In this document: piece by piece, positions 50,041-58,800 of the stretch | Numbering within the stretch: position 1 is the first letter of the stretch | Layout: every line of letters begins with the position of its first letter | NCBI GenBank assembly: GCA_016873315.1 | Contig: VGXL01000001.1 | Span: forward strand, 4,126 to 68,125 | Length of the DNA stretch: 64,000 bases | Reading direction: 5' to 3' | Source: Phycisphaerae bacterium | Lineage (GTDB): Bacteria; Planctomycetota; Phycisphaerae; Phycisphaerales; SM1A02 | Notes under the pieces: generated by a model | The model's database searches: none | The model's input: the letters and a program-made list of their open reading frames with translations, nothing else | Told to the model about the DNA's origin: nothing | Made by a program: the position numbers and the translations under genes

Positions 50041-50139
50041 TCAGAGCCCGATCGCCCGCGCAATGAGCAGGCCGACGCAGAAGCTGCCGGCGGCCGCGAT
50101 GATCTTGCGAAGCATGTGATGGATGTTGTACTGCTGCAT
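50041..50139 (-). CDS. Unlisted small ORF: 32-aa hydrophobic peptide MQQYNIHHMLRKIIAAAGSFCVGLLIARAIGL
   Basis: Hand-translated. ATG 50137-50139 with GGAGGAG 6 nt upstream; TGA at 50041-50043. 28 of the 31 codons after the ATG end in G/C, matching the coding bias. One TM-length helix. Below the ORF-track size cut-off. Confidence 0.55.
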   Translation of the reverse strand: MQQYNIHHMLRKIIAAAGSFCVGLLIARAIGL

Positions 50140-50232
50140 GGTGCTCTCCTCCGCGCGCCCTGGCGTGCGGCCCAAACCGTCCGATTCAGCGTGGGACGAT
50201 GCAAGCGACACCATGGGTTTTTCAGCACTCAG

Positions 50233-50763
50233 TCAGCGAAGTTGCTTCTCGAGGACCTCGAAGTAGAGGTCCGGCCGTCGCGGCAGGCCATTGCGGGGCT
50301 CCCCGTACGGGAACGGTTCGCGCTCGCCGGTGGGCTGATAGCCCCGTCGCGCGTACCAGGCAATGAGCTCCACACGCTGACCAATGACGGTCATCCGTGC
50401 TCGGTTGAGGCCCAGGTCTTCTTGGATCACGCGCTCGGCCTCGGCAAGGAGTTGGCGCCCTAGGCCGTCACGCTGGCGGGTCGGTTCCACCGACACCATG
50501 CCGATGTAGCCGTAGCCCGATCCCCGATCAATGCGTACGCACGCGACGAGCTCGCCATCCAGAAACGCCAACCTGACGCGCGAATCCTGTCCGTGCACGA
50601 GCTCGCCGATCTCGCGCGCGTCGGTGCGCTGACCGTCGAGAAGGTCCGCTTCCGTGGTCCATCCTGCGCGACTGACCTCGCCGCGGTACGCCCGTTCGAC
50701 AAGCGCAACCACGCACGCCACGTCCTCGGGGCACGCGTCGCGAAAGACCGGCATGACGCCCAT
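50233..50763 (-). CDS. GNAT family N-acetyltransferase
   Basis: 176 aa. VEPTRQRDGLGRQLL fits the acetyl-CoA Q/RxxGxG/A loop. Confidence 0.8.
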   Translation of the reverse strand: MGVMPVFRDACPEDVACVVALVERAYRGEVSRAGWTTEADLLDGQRTDAREIGELVHGQDSRVRLAFLDGELVACVRIDRGSGYGYIGMVSVEPTRQRDGLGRQLLAEAERVIQEDLGLNRARMTVIGQRVELIAWYARRGYQPTGEREPFPYGEPRNGLPRRPDLYFEVLEKQLR

Positions 50764-50771
50764 GGCGTTCG

Positions 50772-51848
50772 TCAGGCGTAGTGGCGGCCGAATCGATTCG
50801 CCAAGAAGGCGTCGAGGCCGATCTGTTCCTGCCGCACAAAGCCCTTGGTCGGCACGGTGCCGTCCTTGAGCATGTCCACGACGGCGCAGATGCCTGCAGC
50901 GGTCGTGACCTGGATTGCAGTCCAGTGACGACCGCCGATCTCGCGGCTGAGCACGGTGCGCGCCCAGGTGCGGTCCATGAAGCGGCCGCCGCGCTGGCCG
51001 GTCGCGCTGACGAAGATCACCACTTGATCGTCATCGGTGCCGGGCACGGCGCGCTCAAGGATCGCCTTGAGTTCTTCGCGATGTTCGATGAAGCGAAGAT
51101 CATTCAGGAGGAAGCGCATCTGTTCTGCATGGCCGGTGAAGCGAATCGTCTTGTAGTTCAGGTTGCGCACCGTGCCGCGCAGCGAGTCCGCCAGCGTGCC
51201 CAGTCCGCCAGAGGTGTTGAACGCCTCGTATTCGCAGCCCTCGATGTGCAGGCGCTCGACTTGTTCCAGCGGCGGGACCAGACACATCTGCCCGTCGACG
51301 AGCGCTTCGCAGGGATTGCAGTACTCGTTGACCAGTCCATCGGTCGACCAAGTCAGGTTGTACTGAAGCACATTGCTCGGGGTTCGCGGCAGGGCGCCCA
51401 CGCGCATGCGCACGGTGTCGACGCTGTCGAGTTCACGCAGCAAGGAGTGCGCCACGATCGTGATGAAGCCCGGCGCGAGGCCGCATTGAGGAATGAACGC
51501 CGACGAGGCGCCCTGGCTCAACTGCATGACCTTCTTGGTGACGGCAACATCCTCGGTCAGGTCGAGGTAGTGGCAGCCCGCGTCCTTCGCGGCCTGCGCG
51601 ATGCCAACATTGCAGTTGAAGGGCGCGCAGCTCACGACGGCCCACGCGCCCTTGAGGAATGCAGCGAGTTCGGACGGGCTGCTGAAGTCCACGCGACGAC
51701 CGTCGATCCGCTCGTCGCGAGCAACCGAGAGAGCGCTTGGTTCGTGGACATCGCCGATGCGCACGGTGTAGTCACCGCACGAGGCGAGGAAATGGGCGGT
51801 CATGCGGCCGATCTTGCCGGCTCCGAGAATGGCGACGTGGTGGGACAT
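50772..51848 (-). CDS. Saccharopine dehydrogenase family oxidoreductase (lysine 6-dehydrogenase-like)
   Basis: VAILGAGKIG Rossmann opening, 358 aa, overall saccharopine-dehydrogenase-like layout. The substrate is not assignable. Confidence 0.6.
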   Translation of the reverse strand: MSHHVAILGAGKIGRMTAHFLASCGDYTVRIGDVHEPSALSVARDERIDGRRVDFSSPSELAAFLKGAWAVVSCAPFNCNVGIAQAAKDAGCHYLDLTEDVAVTKKVMQLSQGASSAFIPQCGLAPGFITIVAHSLLRELDSVDTVRMRVGALPRTPSNVLQYNLTWSTDGLVNEYCNPCEALVDGQMCLVPPLEQVERLHIEGCEYEAFNTSGGLGTLADSLRGTVRNLNYKTIRFTGHAEQMRFLLNDLRFIEHREELKAILERAVPGTDDDQVVIFVSATGQRGGRFMDRTWARTVLSREIGGRHWTAIQVTTAAGICAVVDMLKDGTVPTKGFVRQEQIGLDAFLANRFGRHYA

Positions 51849-51889
51849 GGTCGTGGGTCGTGGTGTGGGGTCAGTGGTCAGGGAATGGG

Positions 51890-53611
51890 TCAGACAGGAA
51901 TCGTCGCGAGTTCGCCGCGAACCTCGTTGATGAGGCTCGCCATGGTCTCGGGTCCGAAGTCAAACTTGAGTCCGGCGGACTCAAAAAGTTCCGGCAGCGG
52001 TCGGCTTGCGCCGAGCGCGAGCGCGCGCTTGTAGGCATCGAGCGCAGCACCAGGGTTGCGACGCGCCTGCAGCCAAAGTTGCAGCGCGCCGAGTTGCGCG
52101 ATGCCGTACTCGATGTAGTAGAAGGGGCTCTGGAAGAGGTGCCCTTGGCGCTGCCACGCGGTCTCGAGTGCGCGCTCGCAGCCGGCCCACGACACATCGG
52201 CGCCGAAACGCTTGTTGAGGTGGAGCCAGTACGCGGTGCGATCGGAGCGCGTGTGCGTCGGGTGCGTGTAGACCCAGTGCTGGAACGCGTCGATCGTCGC
52301 GATCCACGGCAGCAGCGTGGCCAGACCTTCGAGCAACTCGCGGCGATGGCGACCAGCATCTTGCTCGGAGTAGAAGTGCCCCAGGTGCGGGAAGGTGAGC
52401 AGTTCCATGCTCATCGAGGCGACTTCCGCAAACTCGATCGGGCTGCCGCGGTAGGCGACCAACGGGTCGTGTGAGCAGAGCATGCTGTGGAAGGCGTGCC
52501 CAGCCTCGTGCACCATCGTGACGAGGTCGCGCTGCAGGCCAGCGGCGTTCATGAAGATGAACGGCTTGCGGCTGGCTTGACGCTGGTACTGGTAGCCACC
52601 GGGCTGCTTGCCCTGACGGCTCTCCAGGTCAAGGCAATCGCCCGTGCGCATTGAATCGAACAGCGGACCAAGCCCGCCACCCATGTCGTGAAAGACGCGG
52701 CTGCATCGATCGACGAGTTCATCAGCGGTCTCGAACGGACGAAGCGCTGAGCGCCCGTGCACATCGACCTTCAGGTCCCACGGGCGCAGCGTGTCGAGCT
52801 TCAGGCTGGTGCGACGCTCCTCGTTGAGTTGCCGCATCAGAGGCACGCAGACCTGCTCGCATGCCGCATGGAAACGCTCGCAATCGGCGGGCGTGTAGTC
52901 GAAGCGATGCATGCGCTGGTGCTGGTAGTCGCGGTAGTTGTCGAAGCCGGCGTTGAGCGCCATGCGGTGTCGCTGCGCCACGAGGCGGTCATAGATCCCA
53001 TCGATCGCGTCAGCATCCTGCAAGCGCCGATCGGTCACGGAGCGCCAGCTGGCCTCGCGCACGCTTCGGTCGGTCACTTCGAGATAGCGCGCCATCTGCG
53101 GCAGCGTCTGCTTCTTTCCGTCGAACTCGACTGCCATCGCGCCCGAGATCTGGCTGTACTGCTGCTCGAGCTTGGTGCACTCAGTCTGGATCTCGACGTT
53201 GTCGGGTCGGAAGAGCTTGACTTCTTGGCGCAGACCGCGGAGCAGCACGCCGTAGCGCTGCTGGTCCAGGTCCTTCGTGAACGGGCAGTCGACGATGCGA
53301 CGGTCGAGCTCGAAGCCGATCCGCTTGAGATGCGGATCAACATCCTGCACGAAGTCGAGGAAGGCCTTGCGACGCTCTTCGCTTTCGGTGTCGCAGGTCA
53401 TCGCGATGTACAGGTTCGCTTCGGTCTCGGCAACCATCGCGTCCAGATCGCTGCGGTCAAGGAGCAGCCGCGCGAGGCAACCCGAACACTTCAGTGGTCG
53501 ATCGATGAGCGCGCGATACAGCGGCTCAAGTTGGGGCCACGACGAGGCGTCGAGCCCGGCGGGGACGAAGGTGCTCGGTGCGGAGGCCGCGGTACTGCAA
53601 GGGGTCGTCAT
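51890..53611 (-). CDS. M3-family oligoendopeptidase (PepF-like)
   Basis: 573 aa. Zinc site MVHEAGHAFH (HExxH) with a downstream EFAEVASM glutamate. Confidence 0.8.
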   Translation of the reverse strand: MTTPCSTAASAPSTFVPAGLDASSWPQLEPLYRALIDRPLKCSGCLARLLLDRSDLDAMVAETEANLYIAMTCDTESEERRKAFLDFVQDVDPHLKRIGFELDRRIVDCPFTKDLDQQRYGVLLRGLRQEVKLFRPDNVEIQTECTKLEQQYSQISGAMAVEFDGKKQTLPQMARYLEVTDRSVREASWRSVTDRRLQDADAIDGIYDRLVAQRHRMALNAGFDNYRDYQHQRMHRFDYTPADCERFHAACEQVCVPLMRQLNEERRTSLKLDTLRPWDLKVDVHGRSALRPFETADELVDRCSRVFHDMGGGLGPLFDSMRTGDCLDLESRQGKQPGGYQYQRQASRKPFIFMNAAGLQRDLVTMVHEAGHAFHSMLCSHDPLVAYRGSPIEFAEVASMSMELLTFPHLGHFYSEQDAGRHRRELLEGLATLLPWIATIDAFQHWVYTHPTHTRSDRTAYWLHLNKRFGADVSWAGCERALETAWQRQGHLFQSPFYYIEYGIAQLGALQLWLQARRNPGAALDAYKRALALGASRPLPELFESAGLKFDFGPETMASLINEVRGELATIPV

Positions 53612-53668
53612 GGTGGTCGATTCCGAAGCGGCGAAGTGTACGCATCCCGGCCAGCTCGCCCGACCGCG

Positions 53669-54616
53669 TTATCCGCAGGTGCGGCGCGCCGGCGGGGGGT
53701 TCCGGACGATTCCAGCGGGCCCGGCGACCTGAGTCGCGACCGCTTTCACGGCGGCCTCGTTCACGACGATGCGCGCCACATGCTCGGCATGAATCGGATC
53801 GTCGCAGACGAGGAAGAGGCTACTGCCGCTTCCACACACATGGACGGGCAGGTGGCTGACCTCGGCGATCTCATCCATCGCGCGCCGCACGGCATCGCTC
53901 GACTCGCGAGCAGGAGTTGCAAGGTCGTTGAAGGGTTGGTGTGCACGAAGTCGATCGGTCGCAGCCAACGCTCTGACGCGCGCATCTTCGGGTGCTCCCG
54001 CATCGGGTCGCAGTCGATCGAACAGTCGATAGACGGTCGGGGTCGGGCAGTGCGCTTGGGGGAAGCAGAGCACCAGATGCACGAGCGGGACATCAGGCAT
54101 CGCATCGACACGCTCACCCACGCCGGACACGATCGCTGAGCCGCCCTGGACGAGGAACGCAACATCACTGCCGAGGTCGGCGGCGATCGATCGAAGGGCG
54201 TCGTTGCCAAGCCGAAGGTCGAAAAGCGCATCGAGCCCGCGCAAGACTGCGGCAGCATTGCTGCTTCCACCGCCGAGTCCGCCGCCGACGGGAATGCGCT
54301 TCTCGACGCGCACGCGCACCGGAAGTTGCCGCCCGACGGCGCGCTCGATTGCGGCGTGCGCTTTCCATGAGAGATCGCTGCGGAGTGGCCAGTCCAAATC
54401 CGGCGTGTGCGGCGCATCGGTCGCCCACACATTGGCAAAGAGAGAACTGCTGCCCGGATCGCGTCGACGCAGGTAGATCGAGTCGCCCCAGCCGAGCGTG
54501 ACCATCCAGGACGACAGTGGGTGAAACCCATCCGGGCGCGGTGCGCCCACGCTCAACGCCAGGTTGAGCTTTGCAGGAGCGTGCACGAGCAGGTCGTCAT
54601 CCATGGAACGGAGCAT
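53669..54616 (-). CDS. ispE: 4-diphosphocytidyl-2-C-methyl-D-erythritol kinase
   Basis: Motifs: APAKLNLALSV and RIPVGGGLGGGSSNAAAVL. ATG 54602-54604 is an alternative start. Confidence 0.9.
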   Translation of the reverse strand: MLRSMDDDLLVHAPAKLNLALSVGAPRPDGFHPLSSWMVTLGWGDSIYLRRRDPGSSSLFANVWATDAPHTPDLDWPLRSDLSWKAHAAIERAVGRQLPVRVRVEKRIPVGGGLGGGSSNAAAVLRGLDALFDLRLGNDALRSIAADLGSDVAFLVQGGSAIVSGVGERVDAMPDVPLVHLVLCFPQAHCPTPTVYRLFDRLRPDAGAPEDARVRALAATDRLRAHQPFNDLATPARESSDAVRRAMDEIAEVSHLPVHVCGSGSSLFLVCDDPIHAEHVARIVVNEAAVKAVATQVAGPAGIVRNPPPARRTCG

Positions 54617-54640
54617 GGTAGGCCCTACACTTCACGACTC

Positions 54641-55846
54641 ATGCTCTGGCAACCACCGCTGCCTGAACGCTATCGATCGATGGAGGAGGGTGCGCTCGCG
54701 GCGGCCATCTCCGCGCGGCGCACCGAGCTCGGCGCGCGCGTGTTGATTCTGGGCCATCACTATCAGCAGGACTCGGTCGTGCAGCACGCGGACCTGACTG
54801 GCGACAGCCTGAAGCTGTCGCAGATGGCTGCGGTCGAAGCGCGTCGGCGCGGGAGCGAGTCGCTCATCTTCTGCGGTGTGCACTTCATGGCCGAGACCGC
54901 GGACATCGTCACCGATGGCAAGGTCAATGTCATCCTTCCGGATCTCGGTGCCGGATGCAGCATGGCCGACATGGCCGCGTGGGATGACACCGTGGCCTGT
55001 TGGGAGGCGATCGCTGCGGCGCACGCCGGCGAGCGCGTACGCGTAGTTCCGATCACCTATGTGAACAGCTCGGCGGCGATCAAGGCCTTTGTGGGACAGC
55101 GTGGCGGCGCGTGCTGCACGAGCAGCAACGCTCATCTGGTCTTCGATTGGGCGCTTCGCGGCGGCGAGCGTCCGCTTGAGCAGGGCGAGCGGGTCAAGCT
55201 CCTGTTCCTTCCGGATCAGCATCTGGGTCGCAACACCGCGAAGTCGCGCGGTTTCGTGACTGAAGTCGATGCTGCGGCGGATCCATCACTGTCGGCGCAG
55301 TGCGCGCTGTGGCAACCGCGCAAGACTGGCGGCGGACTCTCGGTGAAGCACCTGCACGATGCCGAGGTCGTGCTCTGGGCCGGCCACTGCAGCGTGCACA
55401 AACTCTTTCGGCCTGAACATGTCGCATGGATCCGCGAGAACGAGCCCGGCATGAAGGTCATCGTGCACCCTGAGTGCTGCCAAGAAGTGGTCGACCTAGC
55501 GGACCTGAAGGGCTCGACCGAATTCATCATCCAAGCGATCGAGGCTGCGCCGGCGGGTTCGCGGTTCGCCGTCGGCACCGAGACTCATCTGGTCAACCGC
55601 CTCGCCGCGCGTGCGGCGAACCGCGGCGTCGAGGTGCGGATCCTCTCGGACTGCCAGTGCCTGTGCACGACGATGTACCGCATCGACCAGGCACATCTGC
55701 TCTGGGCGCTCGACGAACTTGCGCAGGGCCGCGTGGTCAATCGCGTGTCGGTCCACAACGAAGCGCGCGCGTTGGCGCGGCTGGCCATCGATCGCATGCT
55801 CGCGCTGGTTCCCGCCGCGGCGCGCGCACCGGTCGCCGTGGACTGA
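54641..55846 (+). CDS. nadA: Quinolinate synthase NadA (long, Bacillus-like type)
   Basis: ORF 54407..55846 trimmed to ATG 54641. Motifs: ILGHHYQQDSVVQHADLTGDSLKLS, FCGVHFMAETADI, VHPEC. Confidence 0.9.
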   Translation: MLWQPPLPERYRSMEEGALAAAISARRTELGARVLILGHHYQQDSVVQHADLTGDSLKLSQMAAVEARRRGSESLIFCGVHFMAETADIVTDGKVNVILPDLGAGCSMADMAAWDDTVACWEAIAAAHAGERVRVVPITYVNSSAAIKAFVGQRGGACCTSSNAHLVFDWALRGGERPLEQGERVKLLFLPDQHLGRNTAKSRGFVTEVDAAADPSLSAQCALWQPRKTGGGLSVKHLHDAEVVLWAGHCSVHKLFRPEHVAWIRENEPGMKVIVHPECCQEVVDLADLKGSTEFIIQAIEAAPAGSRFAVGTETHLVNRLAARAANRGVEVRILSDCQCLCTTMYRIDQAHLLWALDELAQGRVVNRVSVHNEARALARLAIDRMLALVPAAARAPVAVD

Positions 55847-55861
55847 TCGAACCCGCAGTTC

Positions 55862-58800
55862 GTGAGTCCGTACGATCCGTCCATGAGCAGGGGAGCCTTG
55901 TCATCACGCCGGGTCGGCAAGCTGGTGATCGCCTTGAGCGTTGTGGCGATCGTCGCCGTGGTGTTGGTGGGCTTCGCGCCAAGCATCGTCAGCGCGACGA
56001 TCCTTCCCGGCATCATTCGTGATGAGCTCGCACCGCATCTTCGCGGCACAGTGCAGGTGGTCAATGCGAAGGCGAGTTGGTCTGGCCCGCAGCTCGTGCA
56101 TGTTCGCATCAATGGCGAGCACGACATGATCGACGCCACCGTCACAGTGAACAACAGCCTGTCTGCCCTCATTCGGTCGAGTGAGTCGCTCGACCTGAAC
56201 CTAGGTCTGACGGTAGAGACCGCCTCGCGCGACGATGGATCGATCACCTTGCTCGAGTTGTTCCAAGCGGACTCCGCAGCGACTTCATCGGGCGGTCGTA
56301 CGGGTCCGAGCCAGACTTCCGAACCGGCGTCGCTGCCAAGCCTCCTTCGCGGCGCGAGAGTTTCGCTCGATCCACTGGCGATCGTCATCAAGCCGCTCGG
56401 TGCGGGCAGCATGGTGCGAGTGGATGGGGCGACGGCGACGGTCACGCTCGACGGCAACGACGCGACGGTGAAGGCCACAGGGTCCACGTCGATCGGCACC
56501 GAGCATGGATCGTTCGAGATCGATGCGACGCTGCGTGATCTCGTCGGTCGCGATGGTGTGCTGTCGCCAACGACGGCGGGGATGGAACTCACCGCGAAGG
56601 CCACGGCGGTACCAGTCTCGGCAGGGACACAAGAGGTCGTCGTGCGTTCGCTGGATCTGACCGCGAAGGCCCAGAGCATCGCGCGCGCGATTGATCTTCA
56701 GTTCGACACATCACTCGAGGCGAAGGGTCATGCGCCGAGCACCGCCACAGGACGCGTGCGCGTGAATGGACTGTTGACGCCTTCGGGTGAACTGTCGTCG
56801 AAAGCTGCGGCCACAGGGCAGATCGCGCTCGGCGCGGTTCCGACGGCCGCGCTTGCTCCGTTCCTGCACGGGACCGGGATCGTCGCCGCGCGCGATCTCG
56901 GTGAGACCGTGATCGCCACACTGGATTTCAATGGCCCTTCCGCAACCTTGGCGGCACGAAGCGACCGGTTCACGCTGACGGGGACCGCGCGACTGGATGA
57001 TGTGGCCAATCAAGCCATCGTGCAGAGCGTGGCGCTCGACACCACGCTGTCGAGCGCACTGGTGCGTGGACTTGGCGTGCCGTGCATGAACGATGTGCCA
57101 GTCTCACTGCGCGTCGAGCGTGCGGTGGTGCCGATGGGCAATCGTTCGCTCGCGGATCTTCAGGCCGTCGCCACGGTCTCGATGAAGGGCGTGGTGATCG
57201 ACGGCAAGGCGTTCGGGCAGAGCGACCGCGCACTCGGCGATGTGACGGTCAGCGTGCGCACCTCGCGCCTTGCCGATCGCGCGCAGGTCGATGTGGCGCT
57301 CGCTGGTGGCGCGGTACAGGGTTCGCTTGCGGCGTTCGTCGTGCCGAGTTTCGAGTCTGGCCGGGTGAAGCGCGCGCGAGTGGAGCTCGAGCGATCTTCG
57401 CTCTCTTCAGCCCTTGATGATGGATGGCTCGTGGGCACGGGGCTTGCGCTGCGGCGTCCTGCCCCAACCACGATCTCGATCGACCGCGCGGCGTTCGACA
57501 TGAGCGCGAATGGGCTCGAGCTTGGGAACACATCGATCGCAGCGACCGTCGCCATCGAGCCGCTCGTGCTCGGCGGAGCGAGCGGTCCCGACGAGTGGAT
57601 TGATGTTGTGGCCACGACCATCGGGCTGCGCTCCGATGGTCTGTCGAAAGGCCTTCATGTTTCATACAGTGGCGGCGCGAGCGGCTTTGCCGCGAAGGCC
57701 GATGTTGCGCTGGCAGGACTCGTCACGCCTGCGGGTGCGATCACGCTCGACGCCGTGCGCGGCAGCGGATCGATCCAGATCGACGCGATCGACCTGACGC
57801 GTGTGCCACATGTGCCCGAGCGCCTGCAGCGAATGGCCGGGCTCATCGGACTTGGACGGCCGGTCCTGTCGGCTCAGTTCGACGGGAGCCGCGAGACCGT
57901 TGCCGCTCAGATCGTCGTGAAGGGCCCAGCGGCGGAACTCTCGGCGCAGGGGCAGTGGTCGCCGGAGCGGACGGTGGTGAAGGAGCTCAAGGGCTCGATC
58001 GCCATGGCGGACGGTCTGCCTGAACTGCTCGGCATCGAGGGACTCCGGCTCGCTGCTCCCGGCGTGCTTGCGATCGCGTGCGAGGAGCTCACACTGCTCA
58101 CGCCGGCGGCCACTCCCACTGCTGTTGAAGTCAAGGCACAAAAACTGCAATTAGGCCTCGATCGCTTGGGACTGAGTGCGTGCCCTGGCTTGGACGGTGG
58201 CATCGTGCTCGAGCGCGTGTCGCTCGAAGGCGACGCCTCCCGGTCAGCGACGGGCGACCTCACATGGTCCGGCTCCTTTGCCGTGACCGTTCCCGGCGAA
58301 CTCGACGCCAAGGGTCAGTTGACGCTGGCGGCCCCCGCGCTGGGGCCACCGACCGGCAACGCCACGCTCCGGGCAACCCTGCCAACCGGAACCACCCTGC
58401 TCGGGCGATTCGTGCAGAGTCCCTACCTCGCTGCGGCGGCTGGCCCGGGCACGGTCGACCTGACATGGTCGGGGAAGGGCGGCAAGGATGCGGTCGACAT
58501 CACAACTGCGCTGTCGCGTCTTTCGATGACGGCGAAGGTCGAGCTTGAACCAGCCACCTTGGGGCAAACCGGTCGGGTCATCGCGGTCCCGACGGCGTCC
58601 CTCCACGGCTCGCTTCCGCGTCGAGTCATCGACCGAGTCATCGCGGGTCTGGAGCCGGTCGCGGCAGACTGGAACGATGCCACGGTCGTGCCGATCGCCG
58701 CCGCGCTCACGGGTGGGCGGGCCAGTGCAGATCAGCGCAACATCTCCTTGCATGCCGATGCGACCATCGGCACCTTCACGTCACGACCGACGGACTCCAT

